Shown here: positions 10,494 through 21,363 of the stretch, piece by piece | Numbering within the stretch: position 1 is the stretch's first letter | Layout: the number at the start of each line of letters is the position of its first letter | Assembly (NCBI GenBank): GCA_965205865.1 | Contig: CBDBHR010000030.1 | Coordinates: 224,001 to 288,000 of the forward strand | Direction of reading: 5' to 3' | From: a bacterium | GTDB lineage: Bacteria > SAR324 > NAC60-12 | Length of the DNA: 64,000 bases | The notes under the pieces: model-generated | What the model was told of the DNA's origin: nothing | Databases searched by the model: none | The model's input: the letters and a program-made list of their open reading frames with translations, nothing else | Position numbers and translations under genes: made by a program

Positions 10494-11276
10494 TTATCCC
10501 CTTCCAAGAATCCTGGCGATAATGCCTTTTTTTTGTTCAACTTCAGGAATTTCCACGCGTTCTCCCAGCAATCGCTGGGCAATCCTCTGATAGGCCCGCC
10601 CTGCGGGGGATTTGTTATCCAGGGCAACTGGAATTCCCTGGCCACCGGAAGTTATTATCTTAGGATCTTCCACAATCAATCCTAACAAGTCGATGGCGAG
10701 AATATCCACCACGTCTTCCTTGCTCATCATCTCTCCGTTTGCCACCATATTTACTACAAGTCGGTTGATCAGCAAAGATGCGGGGATATCATGATTTTGC
10801 AGCAAGCCGATGACCCGGTCGGCATCACGCACCGGAGAGACTTCCGGGGTGGTCACCACAATTGCATGATCTGCGCCAGCCAACGCATTTTTGAAACCCT
10901 GCTCAATGCCGGCAGGGCAATCAATTAACACAAAATCGAAATCTTTTTTGAGTTCTTGACACAGATTTTTCATTTCTTCGGGGGAAACAGCCGATTTGTC
11001 ATCGACTTGAGAGGCAGGCATGAGAAATAGTTTATGGTTTCTTTTATCCCGGATGAGGGCCTGTTTGATCTTGCAGCGATTTTTTACCACATCGACCAAA
11101 TTATAAACAATCCGGTTTTCCAAACCCATGATAAAATCTAAATTCCGCAAGCCGATGTCTCCATCCACAGCCACTACTTTTTTGCCAAAGTCTGCTAAAG
11201 CAGTGCTGAGATTTGCCGTACTTGTGGTTTTGCCAACTCCTCCTTTCCCTGAGGTAATAACGATTGCTTCTCCCAT
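10494..11276 (-). CDS. minD: Septum site-determining ATPase MinD
   Basis: SGKGGVGKTT, DIGLRNLD and DCPAGIEQGF motifs. Confidence 0.97.
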   Translation of the reverse strand: MGEAIVITSGKGGVGKTTSTANLSTALADFGKKVVAVDGDIGLRNLDFIMGLENRIVYNLVDVVKNRCKIKQALIRDKRNHKLFLMPASQVDDKSAVSPEEMKNLCQELKKDFDFVLIDCPAGIEQGFKNALAGADHAIVVTTPEVSPVRDADRVIGLLQNHDIPASLLINRLVVNMVANGEMMSKEDVVDILAIDLLGLIVEDPKIITSGGQGIPVALDNKSPAGRAYQRIAQRLLGERVEIPEVEQKKGIIARILGRG

Positions 11277-11402
11277 AATATCATCCCTAATATTCTGACA
11301 ATTCCACAGGCAGAAACGTATGCCCGGGATTAAGATGCCTTCTATAAGTTTTTAAATAGCGACACTCATTGAAAGGTGAAAAAAATAATTATTTCATAAA
11401 GA

Positions 11403-12326
11403 TCATAAACGAATTTTTTGACAAATTTCAATAATAATTGATTCTCCTTCAATAAAAGCTATTTCTGATTCAAAGCGTTGTGATCGTTTGTCTTCTTTTG
11501 AAGGTTGAGTGATCAGTTCTGCAATACGCAATTGTGTGGGCTGCATCCGCAGGGCAAAAACAAGGGCTTTCCGATTTCCGGAAGCACCCGCGTGCACCGT
11601 CCCACGAAGGGTTCCCAAGACAACCACGTCATGATCCGAAACGATCTCGGCGCCTGCATTCAAGTCTCCCATCAAAATTACGCCGCTTTGAGAACGAAAT
11701 GCCTGTCCGGAATGCATTGTTTGACGAACTATCAATGCATCTGTCGTTTTAAATCCTTTGATGGGAAACAAGGAATCAGGTGTGGATTCGAAGGATGTTT
11801 TCTTTCGTTCTTCTTCCGCAGTTTTTTCCGAATAATCAGGGGGCAAAGATCCTTTTGCTGTCAATGAAGAATAGGGCATTTCTCTCTTTTTCATGGGTAG
11901 TTGGGCTTGTAGAGATTCAGAGACCCCATCCATACTCTTCAGCAATTCGTTGTCAGACTGTGGAGGGGAAAACCAGGCTGTTTCCCGATTTCTTTCGAGA
12001 GAAGAAGATGGGTCTGCAAACAATTCCGTCGAATTGGATGCGCTTTCCTGAGAACGGATCATCTTTTTGGCAGTTTCACTGACTAGATGAAGATCGCCTT
12101 CGCGTTTCAAAATACGCTGTAGGCGAGAAAACTCATCGGGATTTAAGCGGCGGCCGTCGCTTTGAAGAAATATTTCCGCCCCCTTGAAAAACTGTCTCGA
12201 GTTGAGGCGCTGTAGCAACTTCTTTAATTCTTCCTCCAATTGATCAAATGCAGCCATTCCATCAAGAAGAAGCCCTAATTTCCCTCCAAAACCTTTGATT
12301 TCCACCAACGGCTTTTCAAATTTCAT
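11403..12326 (-). CDS. minC: Septum site-determining protein MinC
   Basis: GDLNAGAEI...GTLRGTVHAGASGN...PTQLRIA C-terminal domain; long central linker. Confidence 0.92.
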   Translation of the reverse strand: MKFEKPLVEIKGFGGKLGLLLDGMAAFDQLEEELKKLLQRLNSRQFFKGAEIFLQSDGRRLNPDEFSRLQRILKREGDLHLVSETAKKMIRSQESASNSTELFADPSSSLERNRETAWFSPPQSDNELLKSMDGVSESLQAQLPMKKREMPYSSLTAKGSLPPDYSEKTAEEERKKTSFESTPDSLFPIKGFKTTDALIVRQTMHSGQAFRSQSGVILMGDLNAGAEIVSDHDVVVLGTLRGTVHAGASGNRKALVFALRMQPTQLRIAELITQPSKEDKRSQRFESEIAFIEGESIIIEICQKIRL

Positions 12327-12448
12327 AGTGGCTTAGCAATGGAGATGGCCTGCAGACAAATGCTAATATAAACGGGGAATATGCCATTTTATACACAATC
12401 TCTTGAAAAGAAACAACAATATTTTATGAATATAGTGGGGTTTCTCCG

Positions 12449-14131
12449 TTACAAAATGTTGGCAGCCAATTCTGCCAACTGAGAACGCTCTCCTCGTTTG
12501 AGTGTCACATGACCAGCCATTTCTTGTTTTCGAAACTTTTCAACAAGGTAGCTCAAGCCGTTGGAGGCTTTGTTGACGTAGGGATTGTCGATTTGATCCG
12601 GGTCGCCCGTCAAGACCATCTTGGTACCTTCTCCCACACGAGTAATGATCGTTTTTATCTCGTGAGGTGTCAGATTTTGCGCTTCGTCGACAATCATATA
12701 TTGATGAGGAATACTTCTTCCTCGAATATATGTGAGCGGTTCTATGATGAGCAAGCCTTGTTCAATTAACTCCTCATGGCCTGTTGAGGCAGGAGGCGCA
12801 TTTTTTGACACGCCCCCTAGCAGCAATTCCAAGTTGTCGAAGATAGGCTGCATCCAGGGAGCCAATTTTTCTTGAACGTCACCCGGCAAATAGCGGGAAT
12901 AAAGCCAAATTCCGGCCCATGGGAAAGATAGGGCGGGAAACCAGTAGACGGGAATATTGATTTTCAAGCAACATCATTTGCAACCCTGAGGCAAGCGCCA
13001 TCAATGTTTTTCCAGTGCTCGCTCGCTGTGAAAAACGGCACCGACACCAAGACCCGCTTCCTGCGTCTTGACTACCTCGAAGCAAAGGTACACTTGATCC
13101 TGCAATTACGATAGGGATTGCAGGGTTGAGTAGTAAATCGAAAGCGAGATGCTGCTCGGCGTTGCGGGGTAAAATTCCCCAAATCCCTTTTTTGTAGGCA
13201 ATTCCAAGTTGTCGAAGATAGGCTGCATCCAGGGAGCCAATTTTTCTTGAACATCACCCGGCAAATAGCCCAAATTCCGGCCCATGGGAAAGATAGGGCG
13301 GGAAACCAGTAGACGGGAATATTGATTTTCAAGCAACATCATTTGCAACCCTGAGGCAAGCGCCATCAATGTTTTTCCGGTACCCGCCTTGCCCACCAAA
13401 GTCACGATAGGGATTGCAGGGTTGAGTAGTAAATCGAAAGCGAGATGCTGCTCGGCGTTGCGGGGTAAAATTCCCCAAATCCCTTTTTTGTGGACTGCTT
13501 TGAAAAAACACTGTTTTTTATCATCAAAGACGGCCAATTCATAATCATCCGCATCTTCCTCATTGACCAGAAGCAAACCTTCGTGTGGAGCAAATTCCTC
13601 TTCAAATTGAAAAGTATCCTGTTTTCGATATTTTTCCAGCTCAACTGAAGGGAGAAAGTGGTACTGAATACCAGTGTAGAACCCTGGGCTTTCCTGCTTT
13701 TCCTGGTAGGACGTCACCTGTATCCCAAAGGCATTTCCTTTGACGCGCAAGTGGGCGTCCAGAGTCACTATAATCGGCTCCATTCCAGCCTTTTTCAGTT
13801 GCAAAGCGACACCGAGCACCCGGTTGGAGGATTTCTTCCAATCCAGTGAGCCCTCGTTCTCTTCGGGTGGTACGGAAAAGTCAATACGGAGGCATGCTTT
13901 GTTGGCAAGGAGGATACCTTCGGAAAAGTTGCCATGTTCCCGATAGACGTCCAGCATTTTTGAGAGCACTCGGGCGCTGTTTCCGGTTTCGCTCAAAGTT
14001 CCTTTGAATTGGTCGATTTCTTCAATCACGTCAATGGGAATCACAATTTCCGCATGCGGGTATGCATTAAGGATTTCGGGATCATAGAGCAAAACGCTGG
14101 TATCAAGGACGTAGTTGGTTGCTGATGCCAT
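12449..14131 (-). pseudogene. PIN-PhoH family protein disrupted by an internal tandem duplication
   Basis: N-terminal PIN (YVLDTSVLL), GKAGTGKT, and C-terminal RGRS..DEAQN..GD..QID. The segment 13198..13490 is repeated at 12823..13194 with insertions. Confidence 0.85.
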
Positions 14132-14463
14132 TTTACACTGGTCTGAAGGAACGAGCAGGTAATCAATCTTAATCCTTGTCTATAAAAACTTCTTTGGAAT
14201 TTCAAGTTAAAATAATATCCGTCAAACTGCTCGCCTGCTTGTCACAGACAAGGAAGTAGCTACCAGGTTTTATCCCTTCGGGTTTAATTCCCCTCTGCTT
14301 GCTGAAGGGATTTATTTATTTGCGTTGCGGAATTCTCACGGAAATTGCGATTGGCAAACGCTTGCGTGTTTGCTATATTGCGGTGATGCGCAAGACCAAT
14401 GAAAGCACGACGTGTCGTAACCAAGTGAAACATTTGCTCAACATGCATAGTGAGCTTAGAAAA

Positions 14464-15546
14464 ATGAATGAAACATCTCATCAACAATCCGAGCAGCGAC
14501 AAGAAAACTGGCTTCGATGGATTGCTCTATTTTTAGGAGGATTGCTGCTGGTGACGGTTTGTCTGGTTTTGGAAACCTTGCAAACGATCTTGATTCCTTT
14601 TTTTATCGCGCTTTTCCTCGTCTACTTAGTCGAGCCTCTGCAGAAAGTACTGGTCGGTCTGAAGCTTCCCCGTAGTGCCCGGATTGCCGTGATTTTATTG
14701 TGTACCGCATTGCTGCTCTACTTGGTAGGGTTGCTGGTTTATTCAAGTGTCAAGTCCCTCAGTCTTAGTCTCCCTCTGTATGAAGAGCGGGTCGTGGGGC
14801 TCCTCGGTCAGATGGTCTATGTCCTCCCCTTTCCTTCGGAAGAAGTAGAATCCTTTATCCGGAATTTTCGCTGGGAAGAACATTTCAAACCCGGCGCCGT
14901 TGCGCAAATCATTGGTAAGAGTTTTGGAAAATTCGGCGGTTTTTTGGGGAACCTCTTACTGGTTTTGCTCTACATGGTCTATTTGCTGTTTGAAAGGGAA
15001 TCGTTTTTCAAACGAGTGCGCAACAGCTTTGAAGAGGAAAAAGCCCAGCGAATAGCCCTCGTTGTCAAACAGATCAACAAGCAAATCGCCAACTACCTGG
15101 AAGTCAAAACATTGCTTTCCTTTTTGACGGCAACTATTGTCACTGTCGTTTTATGGTTTTTCGACATCGATTTTGCGATCTTTTGGGGCATATTGACATT
15201 TTTATTCAATTTCATCCCCGCAATCGGCTCTGTGATTGCCACACTACCACCGGTCGTCATTGCTTTTTTACAATTTGACAATCTTTGGATTCCACTCGTC
15301 ATTCTCCTGTTGCTGATTCTCGTTCAAGTGACGATTGGAAATGTGGTTGAACCGAAAGTGATGGGGGAAAGACTGGGTTTGAGCCCTTTAGTTGTGGTTC
15401 TTTCTCTTATCTTTTGGGGATGGCTGTGGGGTCCGGTGGGGATGATCCTCGCGGTTCCCATTGTGTCGGGTTTGCGAATTATTTGTGAAAATATTGAGAC
15501 TTTGAGACCCGTCAGCCGTTTCCTTGCAGAAAAATTTGAGCAATGA
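14464..15546 (+). CDS. AI-2E family transporter
   Basis: Multi-TM protein with NFIPAIGS, EPKVMG..LGLSP...WG..WG..GMILAVP motifs. Confidence 0.9.
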   Translation: MNETSHQQSEQRQENWLRWIALFLGGLLLVTVCLVLETLQTILIPFFIALFLVYLVEPLQKVLVGLKLPRSARIAVILLCTALLLYLVGLLVYSSVKSLSLSLPLYEERVVGLLGQMVYVLPFPSEEVESFIRNFRWEEHFKPGAVAQIIGKSFGKFGGFLGNLLLVLLYMVYLLFERESFFKRVRNSFEEEKAQRIALVVKQINKQIANYLEVKTLLSFLTATIVTVVLWFFDIDFAIFWGILTFLFNFIPAIGSVIATLPPVVIAFLQFDNLWIPLVILLLLILVQVTIGNVVEPKVMGERLGLSPLVVVLSLIFWGWLWGPVGMILAVPIVSGLRIICENIETLRPVSRFLAEKFEQ

Positions 15547-15556
15547 AAGAAAAAAT

Positions 15557-16943
15557 ATGAGTCCTGCCATTCCGGGAAAACCAACAGGAATTCGCCAGGT
15601 TATTTTGTCCGCTTCCAATCCTGATGCGTTGGTGACCAAATGTCAATCAACTCTGACTGATCTCGAATCCGCAGACCCTGAACCCCACTACCAAACGCTG
15701 CTTGAAGACAGTGTCAAACCTGTCTCCTGAGGATTTTGCGAGAATGGGATTCGTAAGCGAGTCGGTGGCAGAAGCAGCAATGCTCCTGCAAAGTGGTCTC
15801 CGGAATTTGGAGAAAAAACGGGAGGAGACTGCCTGGACGTTGCGCAAAGGCGTCCATTATCGTCGTCAGGCTATGGATTCCCAAAGCAAGGTGGTGGCTT
15901 TGTTTCCCGGACAAGGCTCTCAATATGTAAGCATGTTAGAAGTACTGCACACCTCTTTCCCAACGATGGCTACCTGTTTTGAAACCATGGATACATTGTT
16001 TCAGAAAGAGGGATTGGAACCGCTTACCTCGATTGTGTTTCCCCCTCCTACAGAAGACAAATCCAAGAAAAAAGAGCAGGAAACACGCTTGACTTTGACA
16101 GAACACGCGCAGCCTGCCATAGGGGCGGCCAGTGTTGGCCTGTATAAAATCTTACAGGCAGCCGGTTTGAAGGCGCACGCTACAGTGGGGCACAGTTTTG
16201 GAGAGGTAACAGCTTTGTGGGCGGCTGGGGTTTTCAGTGATTCCGACTATTTTTATCTTGCAAAAGTCAGAGGAAAGGTTATGGCGGCACCGCAAACCTG
16301 CCCAAGTGATGATGCCAACTTTGATGCGGGAGCCATGCTGGCAGTCAAAGCGGATGCAGCCCTGGTTGAAGAAGAAGCCAAATTTTTATCGAGGACTATT
16401 GAAGCCGAAATTACGGTAGCCAATTTGAATTCGGACAAACAGGTCGTATTGGCGGGTTCCAAACAAGCGATTCTGAAAGCCTGCGAACTTTTGCGGGAAA
16501 AAGAATATTCGCCGGTACTGCTTCCGGTTTCTGCGGCATTCCACACTTCTTTCATGGAACATGCTCGCAAGCCTTTTGCCGAAGCTATGCGCAACGTTCA
16601 ATTTCATTCCCCCAAAATTCCCGTCTATTCAAATACGACTGGAACTCTATATCCAACGGACCCGCATGCGATCCGGTCAATTCTGGAGCAACACGTCATC
16701 AAGCCCGTTTTGTTCAAAACCGAAATTGAAAAAACCTACGAAAACGGCGGTCGAATTTATATCGAATTTGGTCCCAAAAACGTATTGACCGGTTTGGTTT
16801 CCAGCATCCTGGCAGAGCAAATTCACGCCACGGTCGCTTTGAATGCCAGTCCTAAAAAAAGCAGTATCCATCAGCTGCAAGACGGGTTGGTTCAACTACG
16901 CGTACTGGGCTTGGAAATCAGGATTTGCTCAAATCAGACCTGA
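15557..16943 (+). pseudogene. Stand-alone PKS/PUFA-synthase-type acyltransferase, frameshifted near the 5' end
   Basis: LFPGQGSQY, AQPAI, GHSFG, VSAAFH and IEFGPK motifs. The N-terminus from ATG 15557 is in a different frame and shifts near 15710-15725. Confidence 0.75.
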
Positions 16944-17121
16944 TGACCTGCGCGAGGTCCTGTGATCCTCAATAAAACAAACGCAAAAATTGGCGCTGAG
17001 CCTTGTTCCACTTCCCTTGATTTTTCTCGGGTTTTTCTGGAAAATATAGTAAATGAAGGGCTGAAGACCTTTATGCTGTTTCCAGTCAGCAGACAATTGA
17101 ACCACTATAAAGGAGAAAGCG

Positions 17122-17916
17122 ATGCATACCCCGGAACAAGTCAGAGAATTGTTGGAAATTATTGAAATAGAGGATGATAAAATCGACATTTTGTTGAAGG
17201 AGCAAAGCTTGGAGCAAGCTCATACTACCATTGATATCGACCTGTTAGTAATTTATTACAATTTTTTTCAGTACGAGGAAACCTGGGAGCATATCTCGCA
17301 GGTACTCGAAGGTTCCATTGCAGGATGGATCCGGTTTATCGAGAATCAACATGTTGGCAGTCCTGTCCATAAAAAGGGCATTCAAACCTTGATCAAACGT
17401 GTTTTTGTCCATATCAATCCCTGGTTCAAGTATGAAAAAGCATGGAAGGAATTGTTTCGGCATTGTGAAGTATCTGCTTTAGATGCCAACCAATTCAAGG
17501 ATTGGCTCATTGATCAGCTCTTTGAAGATCCTCCCCCGACCCTGGAAGCTTCGAGAATTCTTGTCGATTATGCCAGTCAGCCCAAATTAGGCCGTCCTTC
17601 AGAAACCCGCAGGTGTTTAACAGACGAGGAATTTCAGCATGTTTGTGAGTTGGAAGATTCGATCCTTCATCTCAAACACACCCTGGATAGTTGGCATGAA
17701 ACGGATACAACGGGCAAAATGGAGCGCTATGCTCCGGTATTGGAGAAGATTGCCGAATTTGCGGCAGATTTGGACAATGTGCGCTACGTGTGGGATTTTA
17801 TTAAAAAATATGAAGACAAATTCAAAGTGCGGGAGGAGGAAGTCAAACTGCTGATCCGGCGCACTGCTTTCAAAGAGTATAAGTTACCCACGGTGGTCAA
17901 TCCCATGTTTTTTTAG
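17122..17916 (+). CDS. Hypothetical protein
   Basis: 264 aa ORF with AAGGAG RBS; no motif recognised. Confidence 0.75.
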   Translation: MHTPEQVRELLEIIEIEDDKIDILLKEQSLEQAHTTIDIDLLVIYYNFFQYEETWEHISQVLEGSIAGWIRFIENQHVGSPVHKKGIQTLIKRVFVHINPWFKYEKAWKELFRHCEVSALDANQFKDWLIDQLFEDPPPTLEASRILVDYASQPKLGRPSETRRCLTDEEFQHVCELEDSILHLKHTLDSWHETDTTGKMERYAPVLEKIAEFAADLDNVRYVWDFIKKYEDKFKVREEEVKLLIRRTAFKEYKLPTVVNPMFF

Positions 17917-19027
17917 CATTAAATGAGCGGAATTGACGAGTTACGCGAGCAAGGGCGATCAGCAAGATTTCCAGTTGTTGCCAGTACTCTTCCTTCAGCA
18001 TCTCTGATTTGCGATTACGGAGTAACAGGACGGAGCGTTCCAACTCCAACATTTTCGCCATCAGATTTCTTGCGATGTTGCCGTCCTCGTTTGTTAATTT
18101 GGCTGCCTGCGTAACGGGCAGGAATGTGGTCAAGGGATCAACGGTGGCTACTTGGGCTAATCCTCCGTCGTTTTCAGTGGGGTCCGGATCCGAATTGAAG
18201 AACCCGTCCCCATTGTCATCGAGCGTCGCATGTTCTGTGGACAATCTTTCCTGCTCCACATACCAGTTCTCTGCCCGTTTCCGTGCGTATTGAAAAGCTT
18301 CCCAGATGGAAAGACGCGTGTTTTTATCATAGTCACCAGCATGGTTGTTGAGTGCTTCGATAAAAAACTCGGCAAAAATAGTATCGTATTTTTCCGCACT
18401 GCTTCTGGTGGCGGAAATAACAATCCGTCCGGGGGAAGAAATTGCCATACTGAAAGGATAGCTGCTGTTGGTAGTGTTGATCACGATTATGTCCTGGCCG
18501 GAAAAGGCATTCAACCAGTCTGAGAATTCCTTGCCGGTGATATCGGGACCAACGATATTGAATTTAGCGACGGTTCCTCTTTTTCTGTCTGAGTCGCTGG
18601 TACCATGTCCCACCAGAAAGAAAAGAATTTGGTCTCCGGGTTGGACTTGATTGTGAAGTTCCCGCAAAGCGTCACGGATGGTTTCTTTTCGGCAAGGGCC
18701 GGAAATTCTCGGCTCCGAGCTATCTCCGTTTCCGAGGAGAGTAAAAATGTGATCGGCAGTATATCGATATTCCACGGTCAGGATGTCATGGAGTCTCAAA
18801 ATCCAATGCCGAAACTGCTCTTCATATTTTTTCTCCGCAGCGGCACCTCCAAGGAGGACTGCATATTTTTGTGTCGAAGGGGCGGCAAGAAAATAATCCC
18901 GTTGCTGAGCAAACCCGAGAATGCTTGCCGATAAAAAAAAGAAAAGCGCGCACGCCACCAGAAATCCGAAAGTTCGCATGAGTGCTGACAGGGGGGCTGG
19001 TGAATCATTGAATATCCAAATTTTCAT
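17897..19027 (-). CDS. Secreted caspase/peptidase C13-like fold protein
   Basis: Signal-like hydrophobic stretch; FFLVGHG motif; last gene of the MoxR cluster. Confidence 0.6.
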   Translation of the reverse strand: MKIWIFNDSPAPLSALMRTFGFLVACALFFFLSASILGFAQQRDYFLAAPSTQKYAVLLGGAAAEKKYEEQFRHWILRLHDILTVEYRYTADHIFTLLGNGDSSEPRISGPCRKETIRDALRELHNQVQPGDQILFFLVGHGTSDSDRKRGTVAKFNIVGPDITGKEFSDWLNAFSGQDIIVINTTNSSYPFSMAISSPGRIVISATRSSAEKYDTIFAEFFIEALNNHAGDYDKNTRLSIWEAFQYARKRAENWYVEQERLSTEHATLDDNGDGFFNSDPDPTENDGGLAQVATVDPLTTFLPVTQAAKLTNEDGNIARNLMAKMLELERSVLLLRNRKSEMLKEEYWQQLEILLIALARVTRQFRSFNAKKTWD

Positions 19028-21363
19028 GAAAGCCCTTTTTGACGACGGCTAATCCATTCGATACTGAAAAATGCGAATAGCAATATCAGCACCAGGGGCA
19101 TATCCCAGAGATCTTCCTCCATTTCAACAGAGTAAGTATTCCGAGTGTGTTTGATTGCTTCCAGCAGCGCTTCCTGATCCTGCCACCTAAAAAATTTTCC
19201 TCCACTAGTCTCTGCGATTTTTTTAAGCAAGTCGGCATCCATGCCCGGGTTTGAGTATTCCAAATTGGAAGCGGCAACTAAAAAACTGAGGGGGTGGTCC
19301 GCAAAAATAGTCTCTTCCGCTTGCTGAGAAGAGCTTACCGCAGTGGCATCCAAGAGATGCGCTCCTTCTTGTTGGACCATGAAAGTTCCTTGGTAAATGC
19401 CATCCTTTTCAATGTTCCACTGAAGTTGCAGATCCTGAATCGTTCCGTCAGGTTCGGTGATTTTCAACCAGACTGTGGCGTCATCCACGGGAGTGTAAGT
19501 TTTATCAGCAACTTGGATCTGAACTTCTACCATCTCACCCACACTATAGCTGTCGTGATCCAAATTCATTTGTAAGCGCGGTGGAGAATCCATCGTCAGC
19601 CAGCGTGCCACCTGCCGCCAAAAACGTTCATGGGAGAGATCATCATAAGGTTGTAGCATTTGCCAACGCCAAGTACTCGCTGTCATGATGGCCATAGTGC
19701 GTCCCCGGCCAAAACGTTCGTAGACAATGACCGGCAGTGGAATTTCGTTGTAGCTGAGAATAGGGTGAACCGCCAGCACAATAGCTCCGGATTTGGCTCG
19801 CTCGGTGACATTGACCCCTTGTAGTTGGGGCATCTTGTCCCATAATTGCCGATTCTTCTCCTTTTCCAGTTCCAGCCGCAAGATAGGGGCCTCTTCTCCC
19901 TCCTGCGTGAGTCGCAGGGTGAATTTATCCCTGATCGGACGGTCACCGAAAGCATCGGGAGAAAGCCGACCCCCTTGCAAGTTGGCAGGCAGGGATTGTT
20001 TGCGTATTTGAATGACCGGCAAGATTTCTGCGATTGGCGTATCAATGAAATTCTCTTCAAAACCAGTGGAGCCACCCAGCATTAGAAAGCCCCCGCCTCG
20101 TTTCGAGACGAATTCCTTTGTCAAATCCAACTGTTTTGTTGAGAAAAAGGAGCTGGAAATGTCCCCAAAAATAATAGCTTGATACTCAAAAAGCTCCTCC
20201 ATGCTGTCAGGGTAGCCATTTTCCAGCTCCTCAGGGGATTTGATTCCCTGGCGAAGAAATTTACGGGGACCGGTTTGCAAGTAAGTCACCAAACGCAAGG
20301 CATTATCGCCTTTGATTGCGCGTTGGATGAATTTATATTCGTGGCGCGGATGTCCTTCAACGTATAGAATGTCGCTTTGCTGCTGCTTGTTCTGAACCAG
20401 GAACATTCGCTGGTTGTTCTCGGAGATGATTTCATCTTCTTGCAAGGGAATACGCAATGTATAAATCAGATTCCCTTTCCGTTCCGGAGTCAGTTGCAGT
20501 CTGTGTCGAGTTACGCTTCCGCTTTTCTGCAGTTTGAGCGTCTTGGAAAGCGCAACCCGATCTCCTTCTTCAATCCGCAATTCGATTTGATGGTCTGCAT
20601 AACCCTGATTGCGGAGCAAAACGTCGACATGAAAAATAGAGCCTTCCAAGACAGATTCAGCAGTATGAATTCTGACGACCTCCAAATCTTTGGGAAGGCG
20701 CTCTTGTCCAATGCCTATCGTAAAAACAGGAATGTTGGCTGATTTGAAAATGTCTGCCGTACGAAGAGGATCGATATTGCTGTTGTCTCCTCCATCACTG
20801 ATCAAAATTACTGCCGACAATGGAAGTCCTTTCATGGCTTCCCCGGATTGTTGGAGGCTTTGGGAAAGAACAGTCTTCGATCCCTCAAAGGTGAGATCTT
20901 CAGAAGCGGAGATCAGTCGGGCACCCACGTTAAAACCGAAGACCCGAATTCGAAAATCTTCCTCGAGGCGGGAGAGCAATCCTTTACTGCCATAAAGCGC
21001 GTTGGTCATTACATTAGCGCGGGATTGCCCTTCTGCTATATCTTGGATAGTCATGCTCCGGGAATCGTCGAGGAGGATAGCCAAATAGCTTTCCTGCGGA
21101 ATGACGCGTGAAATGCCCAATTTTGGCTGCAGCAAGCAGAGCAAAAGAACCATCAAGATCCCGGATCTCAAGCCAACAAGCAGGATTTTCACTGGTAAGG
21201 ACACCTTCGCCGTCGTTCGGTAGTAAAGGACCCAAGTCAGCATCACCACCAGAATGGCACCGATGATGAGAAGAGGCGCGTCGACTGGAATCCCAAAAGA
21301 AAATTCCCCCTCAGCCAGCTCATGCAGTTTGTGACCTGTCAGAAAATCAAAGATCTCCATCAT
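19024..21363 (-). CDS. Membrane-anchored VWA plus glutamine amidotransferase-like domain protein
   Basis: LLDDSRSM MIDAS, ILISDG and FVSKRGGGFLMLGG motifs; terminal TM segments. Confidence 0.8.
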   Translation of the reverse strand: MMEIFDFLTGHKLHELAEGEFSFGIPVDAPLLIIGAILVVMLTWVLYYRTTAKVSLPVKILLVGLRSGILMVLLLCLLQPKLGISRVIPQESYLAILLDDSRSMTIQDIAEGQSRANVMTNALYGSKGLLSRLEEDFRIRVFGFNVGARLISASEDLTFEGSKTVLSQSLQQSGEAMKGLPLSAVILISDGGDNSNIDPLRTADIFKSANIPVFTIGIGQERLPKDLEVVRIHTAESVLEGSIFHVDVLLRNQGYADHQIELRIEEGDRVALSKTLKLQKSGSVTRHRLQLTPERKGNLIYTLRIPLQEDEIISENNQRMFLVQNKQQQSDILYVEGHPRHEYKFIQRAIKGDNALRLVTYLQTGPRKFLRQGIKSPEELENGYPDSMEELFEYQAIIFGDISSSFFSTKQLDLTKEFVSKRGGGFLMLGGSTGFEENFIDTPIAEILPVIQIRKQSLPANLQGGRLSPDAFGDRPIRDKFTLRLTQEGEEAPILRLELEKEKNRQLWDKMPQLQGVNVTERAKSGAIVLAVHPILSYNEIPLPVIVYERFGRGRTMAIMTASTWRWQMLQPYDDLSHERFWRQVARWLTMDSPPRLQMNLDHDSYSVGEMVEVQIQVADKTYTPVDDATVWLKITEPDGTIQDLQLQWNIEKDGIYQGTFMVQQEGAHLLDATAVSSSQQAEETIFADHPLSFLVAASNLEYSNPGMDADLLKKIAETSGGKFFRWQDQEALLEAIKHTRNTYSVEMEEDLWDMPLVLILLFAFFSIEWISRRQKGLS

